From contig JAZQGY010000019.1 of the NCBI GenBank assembly GCA_045540295.1, positions 2,388 through 66,387 on the forward strand: 64,000 bases of DNA, given 5' to 3'. Within the stretch, counting starts at the first letter, position 1. Each line of letters opens with the position of its first letter. This document shows, piece after piece, positions 28,466 to 39,340 of this stretch. The notes under the pieces are model-generated. The model was not told the DNA's origin. It made no database searches and saw only the letters and a list, made by a program, of their open reading frames with translations. The position numbers and the translations under genes are program-made. The stretch comes from Clostridia bacterium. GTDB taxonomy: Bacteria; Bacillota; Clostridia; UMGS1840.

Positions 28466-29087
28466 ATTCTGTTTGGTTACAAACAACCAAAAGATTTCCG
28501 GAAGAAACGGTAATTTCTGCCACATCTTCTGTAATAATGTTGCTTGTGCCAACAATATCATATTTTTCTAAAAAGGCATTCTCCAAAGAATAATAGAAAC
28601 CTTTTAAAGTAACGCCTTCACAAACATCCGAAAAGGAATACACTGAAACCGTTTGTCCTTTTTTGCCCGTCAGTGTAAGCATAGAATCTGTGAGATAAAT
28701 CTCAGTCTCACCGTCAGTAACCGTCATGGAAATATCTCTCACCATAGCATGTTGCAATAAACAAATATTCGCATAACTATGGTCAAAACGGGTACCGATT
28801 CCACCATATACAATCACTTTGGTGGCACCTTTGGAAAAAGCAAATCGCAAAGCGTATAACGTGTCAGTTTCATCTTTTTCCACTGGCAATTTTACTTTTC
28901 TTAAAAAGTCGGCAGGTTCTTCCTGCAAAGAGTCAAAATCTCCCACCAAAATATCGGGAACAATACCGATTTGCTTAGCATGGGTGTAACCAGCATCGGC
29001 ACAGATAATATAATCTGCAGCATTGGCATACTCCAATAGTCGTTTGGGATTTTTATTTTCCCCTGCCGCTATAATTAATATATTCAA
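28464..29087 (-). CDS. thiN: thiamine diphosphokinase
   Basis: 207 aa. GDFDS motif and the conserved position after rpe. Confidence 0.85.
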   Translation of the reverse strand: MNILIIAAGENKNPKRLLEYANAADYIICADAGYTHAKQIGIVPDILVGDFDSLQEEPADFLRKVKLPVEKDETDTLYALRFAFSKGATKVIVYGGIGTRFDHSYANICLLQHAMVRDISMTVTDGETEIYLTDSMLTLTGKKGQTVSVYSFSDVCEGVTLKGFYYSLENAFLEKYDIVGTSNIITEDVAEITVSSGNLLVVCNQTE

Positions 29088-29091
29088 AATG

Positions 29092-29727
29092 TTATTCTCC
29101 TTGTAACCGACAAATCATTTCTTCTCGGTTTTTGGCACCAAAAACGCTGCTTCCGGCAACTACCATGGTAGCTCCCGCTTCCTCCAAATTACGAACATTG
29201 GTTAAATCCACGCCACCGTCAACCGAAAGCAAAATAGCTTTACCCTGTATCATTTGACTTACTTCTCGCACTTTTTCATAGGTAGATTCAATAAATTTCT
29301 GTCCACCAAAGCCGGGATAAACCGACATCACCGTAATGATTGAAATTTCATCCAAATAGGGAGATAAAACCGAAGCAGAAGTATCCGGACTGATTGCAAG
29401 ACCGGGCTTTTTACCAAAGCTTTTAATCATGCGAATACACTCCGAAATATCATCCGGTTGTTCCATATGTACGGTAATGTAATCAGAGCCGGCTTTCGCA
29501 AAGGCTTCAATATATTTTAAGGGATTATCAATCATCAGATGGGTATCAAAGGGCAAATCGGAATGTGAACGAATGGATGAAATCACACAAGGCCCCATGG
29601 TTAAATTGGGAACAAAATGCCCGTCCATAACATCCAGATGCAAATAATCTGCCGCGTCAACCGAGTGAATTTCTTCCCGTAAATTTGAAAAATCTGCTGC
29701 TAATAATGATGGGGAAACCTGTACCAT
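29092..29727 (-). CDS. rpe: ribulose-phosphate 3-epimerase
   Basis: 211 aa. HLDVMDGHFVPN, HLMI, VDGG motifs. Confidence 0.95.
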   Translation of the reverse strand: MVQVSPSLLAADFSNLREEIHSVDAADYLHLDVMDGHFVPNLTMGPCVISSIRSHSDLPFDTHLMIDNPLKYIEAFAKAGSDYITVHMEQPDDISECIRMIKSFGKKPGLAISPDTSASVLSPYLDEISIITVMSVYPGFGGQKFIESTYEKVREVSQMIQGKAILLSVDGGVDLTNVRNLEEAGATMVVAGSSVFGAKNREEMICRLQGE

Positions 29728-29742
29728 TCTCCATACTCCTTT

Positions 29743-30606
29743 CTACTTTTTATGCCATGGTTTAATATCTTTAATTTTTTCATATATTTGCAAATAGCTT
29801 TGGTATCTGGAGGGTGCAATTTCGCCGCTCTCTAATGCTTCCAACACACCGCAACCTTTTTCCTTAGTGTGCGAACAACCTTTAAACTGGCAGATTGCAT
29901 CCGCAAATTCAGGAAACAGTTCATCCAATTCGGGAATGGCAAAATCAATTTCCAATGAAGAAAATCCGGGAGTATCTGCCACATAGGTTTCCGGAGCAAT
30001 CTGAAATAATTCCGAATGACGGGTCGTATGCCGTCCACGGGTAATTCTACTGATTTCTCCGGTTGCAAGATCAGCGTTTTCAATAAGCTGATTTAGTAAG
30101 GAGGACTTCCCTGCTCCGGAAAATCCGGCAAACACATTAATGCCCCCGGAAATACTTTCCTTTACCCGGGAAATTCCGTCACCGTTGAGGGTGCTGGTAT
30201 AAATCACGGGATAACCGATTTTTTGATACAGTTCCCCGTATTCTTCTCCTTTATGAATGTCGGTTTTATTGATTACAAGCAGCGGCTCGATATGATATAA
30301 TTCACAAAATACCAATAGTTTATCTACAAAAAACGTGTCAAAATCAGGAGATTTTGCAGGTGTTACAATGATAAAGTGGTCCACATTGGCAATACTGGGA
30401 CGAATGAGCAAGTTTTTTCTGGGATAAATTTCTGTGAGACTGCCTTTCTTCTGCTCCTCGGAAATGACTGAAATTTCAACACAGTCTCCAACTGTCGGCG
30501 TGATTTCATTCTTCCGAAATATTCCTCTTGCTTTGCATTCGTAGCAACCACTCTCAGTTTCCACATAATAGAAACCGCCGATTCCCTTCGTCAGCAACCC
30601 CTTCAA
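29743..30606 (-). CDS. rsgA: ribosome small-subunit-dependent GTPase A
   Basis: 287 aa. GGFYYV OB-fold N-terminus, NKTD, GFSGAGKSS, C-terminal zinc Cys/His cluster; apparent TTG start. Confidence 0.9.
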   Translation of the reverse strand: MKGLLTKGIGGFYYVETESGCYECKARGIFRKNEITPTVGDCVEISVISEEQKKGSLTEIYPRKNLLIRPSIANVDHFIIVTPAKSPDFDTFFVDKLLVFCELYHIEPLLVINKTDIHKGEEYGELYQKIGYPVIYTSTLNGDGISRVKESISGGINVFAGFSGAGKSSLLNQLIENADLATGEISRITRGRHTTRHSELFQIAPETYVADTPGFSSLEIDFAIPELDELFPEFADAICQFKGCSHTKEKGCGVLEALESGEIAPSRYQSYLQIYEKIKDIKPWHKK

Positions 30607-30652
30607 GTTACACCTACACCTCTTTTCGATTACTCTGTTTTTTGATTACAAA

Positions 30653-32644
30653 TTAATTAAACTTCACATTCTGTGAGAAAAATAGCTGCCCGTCAATGGT
30701 AATTTCAATCTTCTGGGTTCCACTTCCTGTAACAGATACAGTAACACGCTTTTCAGAAGTCTGATGGGTCTGACGGTAAACTTCGCTGCCGTCTCTCTTA
30801 ATCACAACCGTTGCACTGTCACGGTCCTGCGGTAAATCGATCGTCAACGACTGTTTAGAAGTAGCCTCAGGAGTGGGTGTGGGTGTTGTACTGGGTTCAG
30901 AAGACTCTACAATAACAGTCAGGCGAACGGATGAACCGCGTTCTACTTTTGTATCCTTTGCAGGAGATTGCTGTGTAACTTTACCGATATTTTCAGTTCC
31001 TTCTTTTTCCACAAAGGTAACCACTAAATCAAGTTCAGATGCCTCTTTCGTAGCTTGTGTCTCTGTCATACCAACAAAGTCAGGAACAGAAACTTCAGCT
31101 TCTATTGCTACATAAAGAACCACTTCGCTGCCTTTGGAAACAGTTTTTTTCGCACCGGGATTTTGGCGGATTACATATCCTTTTTCCGAGTCTTCGGATT
31201 CTTCTTCAATAATACGAACTTTAAAGCCTGCCTTTTCCAGTTCCTGTTTTGCCTGGCGATATTCTTTATCCGTTACATCAGGTACTTCGATTTTTTCATT
31301 GCTTTCACCATCTGCAGCAACTACATCCAGTTCAACCTGTGTTTTATTCACTTTCACACGGATGTTACCACTGGGTTTTTGTCTTACAATAGTGCCTTCA
31401 GCCTGAGAATCATCTTCCACCTCATTTACAATGACAGTAAGACCTTCTGCTTCCAATTTTGGACGGACAGAATCGATATGCTGACCTACAACATTGGGCA
31501 ATAAGTACTCCTTCGCATTGGTAACCGAAGAGAAATTAAATCCCGGAAATAGCACTTTCAGGAACAAAAATGCAATTGCAATCACAATCGCCGTGGATAA
31601 CCCGATTGCAGACCAGGTAGCAATTTTTTCCTGCTTTGCGTCTAATTTTTCTTTTCTTTTGGAGCTATGCACGGGAATTTCAACCTCTTTCTGTTCCATT
31701 ACAGAACGTTCCACAGTAGGGGAAGAAATCTCTTCAACCGCTGTTTCTGTTTTCTTTGCATTTTTTACCAGCTCAATAATCTCAGCAATAACGGCATCTT
31801 CATTTTCTTTCGTAGTAAGATTTTCTACCTTTTTGAACTCGGTCAGTTCCCCGGCCATTTCACGGGCACTCTGATAGCGGTTCAAAACATCTCTCTGCAT
31901 AGATTTTGTTACAATTCGAACCAATTCATTGGGAACGGTAATATTCAGTTCTTTAATAGAAACCGGTTCCGAGCTGATATGCATCAATGCAACAGAAACT
32001 GGATTTTCACCGTCATACGGGAGCTTTCCGGTGAGCATTTCATACATTACAACCCCCAGAGAATACAGGTCACATCTGGCATCAATCATAATTCCTTTTG
32101 CCTGTTCGGGAGAAATGTAATGCACAGAACCGATTACATCGGTGTCTATCTTCTTCGTTTCGTTGCTGTTGACAGCTCTGGCAATTCCAAAATCAGTCAC
32201 TTTTAAAATACCGTCTTCGGTAACAATCATATTGTGAGGCTTAATATCTCTGTGGACAATACCATTTTTATGAGCACATTCCAAGGCAGCAAGAATCTGC
32301 ATAGAGAAATTCAGTGCCACATTCCACGCCAGTACACCGTTCTCCTTGATGACATCTTTTAGGGTAACCCCTTCCACATACTCCATCACAATGTAATGAA
32401 GGTTTTCTTCATCTCCCACATCATAAATAGACACAATATGCGGACTGGATAAAGATGCCGCTGCCTGAGATTCAATATAAAAACGCTTGATAAACTCTTT
32501 ATCTTCGTTATATTCTTCCTTTAAGATTTTTACTGCAACATAACGGTTTAAGAGGTTACACTTAGCCTTGTATACCCGAGACATTCCCCCTACGCCGATT
32601 AATTCCAAAAGCTCATATCGTCCGCCCAGAATTCTTCCAATCAT
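30653..32644 (-). CDS. prkC: Ser/Thr protein kinase with three PASTA domains (PrkC-type)
   Basis: 663 aa. HRDIKPHN, DFG, one TM helix, three PASTA repeats, a PT-rich linker and a C-terminal beta domain. Confidence 0.9.
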   Translation of the reverse strand: MIGRILGGRYELLELIGVGGMSRVYKAKCNLLNRYVAVKILKEEYNEDKEFIKRFYIESQAAASLSSPHIVSIYDVGDEENLHYIVMEYVEGVTLKDVIKENGVLAWNVALNFSMQILAALECAHKNGIVHRDIKPHNMIVTEDGILKVTDFGIARAVNSNETKKIDTDVIGSVHYISPEQAKGIMIDARCDLYSLGVVMYEMLTGKLPYDGENPVSVALMHISSEPVSIKELNITVPNELVRIVTKSMQRDVLNRYQSAREMAGELTEFKKVENLTTKENEDAVIAEIIELVKNAKKTETAVEEISSPTVERSVMEQKEVEIPVHSSKRKEKLDAKQEKIATWSAIGLSTAIVIAIAFLFLKVLFPGFNFSSVTNAKEYLLPNVVGQHIDSVRPKLEAEGLTVIVNEVEDDSQAEGTIVRQKPSGNIRVKVNKTQVELDVVAADGESNEKIEVPDVTDKEYRQAKQELEKAGFKVRIIEEESEDSEKGYVIRQNPGAKKTVSKGSEVVLYVAIEAEVSVPDFVGMTETQATKEASELDLVVTFVEKEGTENIGKVTQQSPAKDTKVERGSSVRLTVIVESSEPSTTPTPTPEATSKQSLTIDLPQDRDSATVVIKRDGSEVYRQTHQTSEKRVTVSVTGSGTQKIEITIDGQLFFSQNVKFN

Positions 32645-32678
32645 GATAATATCTCCTTATATTGTTTTCTGATCTGCA

Positions 32679-33383
32679 TTATCGAAGTACAACTGTGATA
32701 TTGTCTGAACCGCCATATTCATTGGCAAGCTTTACCAATGCATCAACTGCTGACTTACGGTTATATCGGTTTACAATGGCGTGTATTTCCGCATCTGATA
32801 CATGACCCGTAAGTCCATCGGTGCACAAGAGCAGCTTGTCTGTTTTTTCGGTATCCAGAAAGAAAATATCCGGATAAACCTCAGGAGCAATCCCAAGTGC
32901 CTTTAAAATTTCATTTCTGCGAGGATGTGTTTTCGCCTCTTCGGGGGTAATCACACCGCTTTTTTGCAATTCATATACGTAAGAATGGTCTTTTGTAATC
33001 TGACTGATTTGCTCTTTGGAAATCAGGTAAGCCCGGGAGTCTCCCACATTGGCAATACATACTTTTTTGGAGTTTCCAACAGCTACAACCAGCGTTGCAC
33101 CCATTCCCCGAAGTGTGTTTTTCTTGCAGGCAGCCGTAAAGATTTTCTTATTAGCATAAGAAACTGCCTGACGAAGTGAAACTTCAGGGTCAGAAAAAAT
33201 ATCGTGTTTTTTTGCATATTCCGAAATGGATTTCACGGCCATAGCACTGGCAACTTCCCCTGCGTTATGACCTCCCATACCGTCAGAAACAATCATTATA
33301 AATCCTTTTTTTCCGGATTCAAAATAGAAACTGTCTTCATTTAATTCACGTTTTCTCCCAACATCCGTTAAACCGTGTATCAT
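32679..33383 (-). CDS. prpC: PP2C-family Ser/Thr phosphatase (Stp/PrpC)
   Basis: 234 aa. VSDGMGGHNAGEVAS, CTDGL, GGSDNITV. Confidence 0.9.
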   Translation of the reverse strand: MIHGLTDVGRKRELNEDSFYFESGKKGFIMIVSDGMGGHNAGEVASAMAVKSISEYAKKHDIFSDPEVSLRQAVSYANKKIFTAACKKNTLRGMGATLVVAVGNSKKVCIANVGDSRAYLISKEQISQITKDHSYVYELQKSGVITPEEAKTHPRRNEILKALGIAPEVYPDIFFLDTEKTDKLLLCTDGLTGHVSDAEIHAIVNRYNRKSAVDALVKLANEYGGSDNITVVLR

Positions 33384-34420
33384 GTTGGCTCACCATCCTT
33401 TCGCTTGGTCTCAGCCCGTCTTAGTTGTCCGCAGGCAGCATTGATATCGGTGCCCAGGGTACGTCTTACAGTGGCATTTAAACCACCTGAAATCAGCAAC
33501 TGCTGAAACTGTAAAATTCGGTTTTTCTCCGAGGGTGACATACTGCCTCGTGCCGGGTTTACCGGAATCAAATTCACGTGGCAAAGCATCCCTTTTAGAT
33601 GCCCAATCAGCTCTTTGGCGTGTTCGGGCTTGTCGTTTACATCTTTAATTAAAGTATATTCAAAGGAAACACGTCTTCCTGTTTTTTTCACATATTCCTT
33701 AACGGCTCTTAATAATGTGTCATACGGATATTTTCGGGAAATCGGCATGGTTTTATTTCTGATGGTATCATTTGGCGCATGAAGCGAAATGGATAAGGTT
33801 AAAGGAATATTCTCCTCTGCCAAACGCTTAATTCCGTCTACTAATCCGCAGGTAGATAAGGAAATGTGCCGATAACCGATATTGATGCCGTGTTCGTCAT
33901 TCACATTTTTTAAAAACCGCAATACATTGTCATAATTATCAAGCGGCTCCCCGATTCCCATCAGAACAATATTGGAAATCCGTTTGCCCTCTCCTTTTGC
34001 AGTAAATAATACTTGGTCTAAAATCTCACCGGCTTGTAAATCACGAACCTTTCCGCCAACGGTGGAGGCGCAAAAGGTACAACCCATATTGCATCCTACC
34101 TGAGTAGAAATGCAAATGCTATACCCGTGCTTATAATCCATAAGGACGCTTTCAATGGTATTTCCGTCATCCAGTTCATATAAAAATTTTACAGTGCCGT
34201 CTTTGGAAACTTCTTTTTTTACCACTTTTAGTTTAGAAATATAAAAATTTTCCGAAAGCTCTGCTGCCATTTTTTTGGAAATATCTGTCATTTCGTCAAA
34301 GGAAGTAACCCCCAGAGAGAGCCATTTAAAAACCTGTTTGGCACGAAACTTCTGGCGGTATGTTTTCACAAAGTATTCTTCTAATTCCGAAAAAAGCAAA
34401 TTCTTAATATTTTGTTTCAT
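33380..34420 (-). CDS. rlmN: 23S rRNA/tRNA (adenine-C2)-methyltransferase RlmN
   Basis: 346 aa. GCNMGCTFCAS radical-SAM motif, MGIGEPL. Confidence 0.95.
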   Translation of the reverse strand: MKQNIKNLLFSELEEYFVKTYRQKFRAKQVFKWLSLGVTSFDEMTDISKKMAAELSENFYISKLKVVKKEVSKDGTVKFLYELDDGNTIESVLMDYKHGYSICISTQVGCNMGCTFCASTVGGKVRDLQAGEILDQVLFTAKGEGKRISNIVLMGIGEPLDNYDNVLRFLKNVNDEHGINIGYRHISLSTCGLVDGIKRLAEENIPLTLSISLHAPNDTIRNKTMPISRKYPYDTLLRAVKEYVKKTGRRVSFEYTLIKDVNDKPEHAKELIGHLKGMLCHVNLIPVNPARGSMSPSEKNRILQFQQLLISGGLNATVRRTLGTDINAACGQLRRAETKRKDGEPT

Positions 34421-34457
34421 AGAAGAATCGAAAATTCCTTCCTTTCTTTAGCGCTTC

Positions 34458-35255
34458 CTACAGAGTAACTTTTTTAATGATTTTCTTAGGACATTTTTCT
34501 ACGCAGATTCCGCAACCAACGCACTTTTCAGGGTCAATGGTTGCGAGATAATGGTCTACCTTCACTGCCTCATTAGGACAATTCTTTTCACATAAGGAAC
34601 ATCCGATACAACCGGCTTTACACTCAGCTTTGACCAATGCTCCTTTGTCGGTATTTCTGCATTTGACCACATATTTATCTTTTTCCGAGATAATGGTAAT
34701 AAGCTGCTTGGGACATGCTTTCACACACTGTCCGCAAGCGGTACATTTATGGAAATCTACAACAGCAATCCCATTTTTGATGCTGATTGCGCCAAAATTA
34801 CAAACTTTCACACAGGAGCCAAGTCCTAAACAGCCGTTACTGCAAGCCTTATAGCCTCCACCAATCATCCGGGCAGCGGACTCACAGTCTAAAATGCCGT
34901 CATACTGAAATTTAATTTCTGCAACATCAGTGCAGCCTTCACAACGGACAAAGGCAACCTTTTTTTCAAAGCCTTCCGATTCCACACCTAAAATCTTAGA
35001 AATTGCGTCTGCAGTTGTTTTTCCGCCAACCGGGCAGGCATTTGCCTTAGCTTCACCGGAGAGAATAGCAGCTGCACACTGCGAGCAACCCGCATAACCG
35101 CATCCGCCACAGTTTGCACCGGGCAATGCCTCGGTAATCAAAGGCAATTTTTCGTCTTGCTCCACATGAAAAAGTTTAGCAGCCAACCCGAGCAGAGCAC
35201 CAAAAATCAGTCCCATAGCCGAAATTGCAACGGTTGCATTTAAAATATTTGTCAT
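34458..35255 (-). CDS. rnfB: Rnf complex subunit B
   Basis: 265 aa. N-terminal TM helix, CGGCGYAGC motif and several 4Fe-4S ferredoxin motifs. Confidence 0.9.
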   Translation of the reverse strand: MTNILNATVAISAMGLIFGALLGLAAKLFHVEQDEKLPLITEALPGANCGGCGYAGCSQCAAAILSGEAKANACPVGGKTTADAISKILGVESEGFEKKVAFVRCEGCTDVAEIKFQYDGILDCESAARMIGGGYKACSNGCLGLGSCVKVCNFGAISIKNGIAVVDFHKCTACGQCVKACPKQLITIISEKDKYVVKCRNTDKGALVKAECKAGCIGCSLCEKNCPNEAVKVDHYLATIDPEKCVGCGICVEKCPKKIIKKVTL

Positions 35256-35272
35256 AATCTATTTCCTTTCGT

Positions 35273-35860
35273 CTACAGTTTCATACCTGCAAAGCCTAAA
35301 AACGCCATTGCAATTAAGCCGGCAGATACCAAAGCAATTGGCATCCCCTTCATAAAGGAAGGAATATTAGAGTTTTCCAGACGTTCTCTGACTCCTGCAA
35401 ATAACCAGATTGCCAAGGTAAAGCTTAACGCTGCAGCAATCCCGGAGACTAAGCTTTCTAAAAAGCCGTAGTTTTTCTGAACATTTAAAATGGCAACCCC
35501 TAAAACTGCACAGTTGGTGGTAATTAAGGGCAGATAAATTCCCAAAGATGCATAAAGCGGAGGGCTTAGCTTCATAATCGCCATTTCCACAATCTGAACC
35601 AACGCCGCAATGACAAGGATAAATGCAATTGTCTGCAAGTATTCCAGCTCAAAGGGAATTAAAATATAAGTGTTTACGAGCCATGTCATTGCGCTGGCAA
35701 GTGCCATAACAAAAGTAACCGCCATTCCCATGGCCAAAGCAGTGCTTGTTTTTTTGGATACACCTAAAAACGGACAGCATCCTAAAAATTTAACCAAAAC
35801 AAAGTTTTCCACCAAAAGCGTGGTAATTAAAATAGAAAACAGCTTGCCAACATCAACCAT
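35273..35860 (-). CDS. rnfA: Rnf complex subunit A
   Basis: 195 aa polytopic membrane protein. NFVLVKFLGCCPFLGVS signature. Confidence 0.9.
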   Translation of the reverse strand: MVDVGKLFSILITTLLVENFVLVKFLGCCPFLGVSKKTSTALAMGMAVTFVMALASAMTWLVNTYILIPFELEYLQTIAFILVIAALVQIVEMAIMKLSPPLYASLGIYLPLITTNCAVLGVAILNVQKNYGFLESLVSGIAAALSFTLAIWLFAGVRERLENSNIPSFMKGMPIALVSAGLIAMAFLGFAGMKL

Positions 35861-36449
35861 TTTTGGTGCCTCCCTTCGTTCTCATTGCCTGAATCACACC
35901 CAACACAACGCCCAACACGATAAATCCACCCGGAGGCAGAATCATCATAATTGCTTTGGGATAATTTGCTCCAAAGATGGAAATTCCTGCCAAAGAGCCG
36001 TTTCCTAACAATTCACGAATCGCCGAGAGAATCACCAGTGCTAACGTAAAACCAAGGCCCATACAAAGTCCGTCCATAGCGGATTTGCCGGGAGTGTTTT
36101 TTGAAGCGAAGCTTTCCGCTCTGGCTAAAATAATACAGTTTACCACAATCAACGGGATAAACACACCAAGGGATGCGGATATATCGGGCAAATATGCTTT
36201 TAATGCCATTTCTACCGCAGTTACAAATCCGGCAATAATTACAATATAAGATGCAATTCTGATTTTATCAGGAATAAATTTTCTTAACACGGAGATAAAA
36301 AAGTTGGAGCAAATCAGAACCAAAGTAGCAGACAGCCCCATTCCCAATCCGTTAATTACAGATGTGGAGGTCCCTAAGGTAGGACACATTCCAAGGAGCA
36401 ACACAAATACAGGGTTTTCCTGAAACATTTTCTTAAAAAATGCTTTCAT
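35853..36449 (-). CDS. rnfE: Rnf complex subunit E
   Basis: 198 aa polytopic membrane protein. NPVFVLLLGMCPTLGTS signature. Confidence 0.9.
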   Translation of the reverse strand: MKAFFKKMFQENPVFVLLLGMCPTLGTSTSVINGLGMGLSATLVLICSNFFISVLRKFIPDKIRIASYIVIIAGFVTAVEMALKAYLPDISASLGVFIPLIVVNCIILARAESFASKNTPGKSAMDGLCMGLGFTLALVILSAIRELLGNGSLAGISIFGANYPKAIMMILPPGGFIVLGVVLGVIQAMRTKGGTKNG

Positions 36450-36976
36450 TAGTCTGCCACCTCCCCTGCTTCTTTCGCTTCTTTTGCTAAGTCCGAAGCC
36501 TGATTAATCGCACCGTTTACAGCTTTTGAGGTAACGGTTGCACCTGTAATCGCCTGAATATCTGAAAATTCTCTTGCAGGCTTTCCGTTAAACTGAGATG
36601 CAAAGGGTTCTTCTTTAGCACGGGTACCAAGTCCCGGGGTTTCCGACATGGAAATGTATTCCACCCCTGTTACATTGAAATCAGCATCAAAGCCCACAAT
36701 CAGTTCAATGTCACCGCCGTAACCTTCCGGAGTTACCACATTCACAGCATAGCCTTTAATTTCGCCGTTTTCTTTTCCGATATATACAGAATCGCTGTAT
36801 TTTTCCAGTTCACAGTCCGGCAATACAGACTGCATTGCTTCGGCTTTTTTGTTTTCTGTAAGTTCTGTAATAATCGGTGCAGTTACATAATTTAATGCAG
36901 ATAAGCCCAGTGCAATCACTAAGCATATTGCAAACAGTTTCAGTGCCAATACGAAGATATTATCTTTTTTTGTCAT
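36449..36976 (-). CDS. rnfG: Rnf complex subunit G (FMN-binding)
   Basis: 175 aa. N-terminal anchor and ITGATVTS flavinylation motif. Confidence 0.9.
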   Translation of the reverse strand: MTKKDNIFVLALKLFAICLVIALGLSALNYVTAPIITELTENKKAEAMQSVLPDCELEKYSDSVYIGKENGEIKGYAVNVVTPEGYGGDIELIVGFDADFNVTGVEYISMSETPGLGTRAKEEPFASQFNGKPAREFSDIQAITGATVTSKAVNGAINQASDLAKEAKEAGEVAD

Positions 36977-36991
36977 TTCAAAATACCTCCT

Positions 36992-37951
36992 TTATGCACC
37001 GTATTTTCTGGGAAGAATCAATTTATCAATCTGAGGAGCCAGAATATTGACAAATAAAATGGAATAGCAAACACCTTCCGGATAGCCGCCTTTCACACGA
37101 ATAAAAATTGTCAAAGCGCCAGCTAAAACACCTGCAATCACATTGCCAAGTCCCGTGGTAGGAGAGGTGGTGTAATCGGTAATCATAAAGATAGCACCCA
37201 ATAAAACACCGCCGGTTAATACTGAAGCAATAGGATCCCCTGTCATCAGTCCCTGATAACCGAAGAACCAACCTAGCAGGGCAACTGTTGCAACATAGGA
37301 GATGGTTGCGTGAGGCTTAATAATCTTTCTTGCACAAAGATAAATAAAACCGATAATCAGTGCAATGGCACAAACTTCCCCCATGGTGCCACCCATATTG
37401 CCGATGAGCATATCCTGATAGGTTAAGCCCATCGGTTCTCCGGCTTTCGCCAGTTTTAAAGGAGTTGCACCGGTTACAGCATCCACGGAACCGATCTGAT
37501 AATAAAAGGGTTTTGCCCAGGTTGTCATAGGCAAAGAATAAGATGCCAATAAAAACGCACGACCTGCTAAAGCAGGATTGATAAAGTTATTACCAAGTCC
37601 TCCAAACAGGCACTTTGCCACTATAATAGCGAAAAAGCTACCTACAACGGGAATATACCATGGCACGCCAACCGGTAAAGTCAATGCGAGGAGAACGCCG
37701 GTTACAGCAGCACTGCCATCAAAAATAGTAGTTTGTTTTTTCAAAAGAATACACCACAAATGCTCAAACAGCATAGCAGAACACACGGAGATTGCAATCA
37801 GCACCAAAGCTCTGATGCCAAAAATCCAGGTTGCTGCTGCGATTGCAGGTAATAACGCAATCAGCACATTCCCCATAATTCTGCCAATACCAAAATTGGT
37901 TTGGATATGCGGTGAAGTGGACACAATCAGTTTTTCATTCATATAATTCAC
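36992..37951 (-). CDS. rnfD: Rnf complex subunit D
   Basis: 319 aa polytopic membrane protein. VTGATPL flavinylation motif. Confidence 0.9.
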   Translation of the reverse strand: MNYMNEKLIVSTSPHIQTNFGIGRIMGNVLIALLPAIAAATWIFGIRALVLIAISVCSAMLFEHLWCILLKKQTTIFDGSAAVTGVLLALTLPVGVPWYIPVVGSFFAIIVAKCLFGGLGNNFINPALAGRAFLLASYSLPMTTWAKPFYYQIGSVDAVTGATPLKLAKAGEPMGLTYQDMLIGNMGGTMGEVCAIALIIGFIYLCARKIIKPHATISYVATVALLGWFFGYQGLMTGDPIASVLTGGVLLGAIFMITDYTTSPTTGLGNVIAGVLAGALTIFIRVKGGYPEGVCYSILFVNILAPQIDKLILPRKYGA

Positions 37952-38004
37952 CCAATGCCAAAAGGCAATTTTTTATGATCCTTTCTACACAGTCATTAAA
38001 AACG

Positions 38005-39306
38005 TTACTTTCTCGGAAGATGAGTTTTTGCAATTTTAAAGGTCTGAACCAGATGTCTTCTGGAGGGACAAATATAACTGCAGGTTCCACATTCCATACA
38101 ATCCTTTAAACCGTAACGAACAGCCTGATCCAGGTTATTAAGCTCTGCATGAGCCATAATCATCAGAGGCATCAACCTCATGGGACAATGCTGCACACAT
38201 CTTCCGCATTTAAGACAGTCCTTCGGTTCATAATGACGGTATTCCCGATCTGTGAAAAACAGTAAGCCGGAAGTACCTTTAATAGCCGGTGCATCCAAGG
38301 TATACTGAGCTGCCCCCATCATCGGACCACCTGCCAACACCTTTTTGATGCCATCAGTAATACCGGTATATTCTGCCAAAGCAGATAAGGGAGTTCCGAT
38401 TCTGACTAACAAATTCTGCGGATTTACACAACCGCTGCCGGATACCGTAACCACTCGTTTGATTAACGGCATACCAGTACGGATTGCGGTGGAAATTTCA
38501 GCAGCAGATGCCACATTCTGCACCACAACTCCTGCGTCAATCGGAAGCTGACCTGATTTTACTTCTCGTTTCAATACGGAATCAATCAACTGTTTTTCGC
38601 TGCCCTGAGGATATTTCGTTTTCACAAGAACAGCTTCAATTTCAGGTTCTGACATACATTTATCTTTCATTAAGCGAAAAGCATCTTTTTTATTATCTTC
38701 GATAGCAACATAACCACGGTGCACATCCAGAATCTTCATCATAATTTTTAATCCGTCGATAATATCATCGGGATGTTCCAGCATCATACGGTGGTCCGCC
38801 GTTAAAAAAGGTTCACATTCCGCTCCATTTAAGATTACACAGTCCGCTTTCTTGCCTTCCGGCGGAGAAAGCTTGATATGAGTTGGAAATGTGGCCCCTC
38901 CCATACCGACAATCCCTGCTTCTTTAATGGCATCTACCAATTCTTTTGATGTCATTTTATCCGGATTTTTCGGAATCACAGTTTCTGCAACAGCGTCGGA
39001 AAAATCATTTTCAATCACAACGGACAGGCATTTCCCCAATCCTGTGTGCGGACGTTCTTCCACTGCAATAACCTTACCGGAAACGGAAGCGTGCACCGGA
39101 ACGGATACAAAACCTTGCGGTTCCCCGATTTTTTGCCCGATTTTCACCTCATCTCCCACTTTCACAAGCGGACTGCAAGGTGCACCAATATGCTGAGACA
39201 TCGGAATAACTACCGTAGCAGGAGCATCCATAACAATGATTGCTTTTCCTGCTGTAATGTCTTTATGTTCTTCGGGATGGAAGCCTCCTCGAAATGTTCG
39301 TGCCAT
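38005..39306 (-). CDS. rnfC: Rnf complex subunit C
   Basis: 433 aa. GMGGATFP NADH-binding motif plus two 4Fe-4S motifs (CLKCGRCVQHCP, CMECGTCSYICP). Confidence 0.9.
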   Translation of the reverse strand: MARTFRGGFHPEEHKDITAGKAIIVMDAPATVVIPMSQHIGAPCSPLVKVGDEVKIGQKIGEPQGFVSVPVHASVSGKVIAVEERPHTGLGKCLSVVIENDFSDAVAETVIPKNPDKMTSKELVDAIKEAGIVGMGGATFPTHIKLSPPEGKKADCVILNGAECEPFLTADHRMMLEHPDDIIDGLKIMMKILDVHRGYVAIEDNKKDAFRLMKDKCMSEPEIEAVLVKTKYPQGSEKQLIDSVLKREVKSGQLPIDAGVVVQNVASAAEISTAIRTGMPLIKRVVTVSGSGCVNPQNLLVRIGTPLSALAEYTGITDGIKKVLAGGPMMGAAQYTLDAPAIKGTSGLLFFTDREYRHYEPKDCLKCGRCVQHCPMRLMPLMIMAHAELNNLDQAVRYGLKDCMECGTCSYICPSRRHLVQTFKIAKTHLPRK

Positions 39307-39340
39307 GTTGCGATACCCTCCTTAGGTACAAAAGTCTGAA

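Noticed and set aside
28452-28480. Possible promoter for the mini-locus embedded in the thiN terminator (TATAAT at 28452-28457 with GTAACC as the -35)
   Set aside because: The -35 matches only 3 of 6 positions and nothing else supports it. It is mentioned in the finding as a possibility and is not called as a feature.
31055-32206. Long plus-strand ORFs (149 aa and 179 aa) antisense to prkC, with similar ones antisense to rnfD, purL, mutL and clpC
   Set aside because: These are shadow ORFs opposite strongly supported genes. They are Phe/Ile/Cys/Arg-rich low-complexity translations with no RBS and no recognisable motif.
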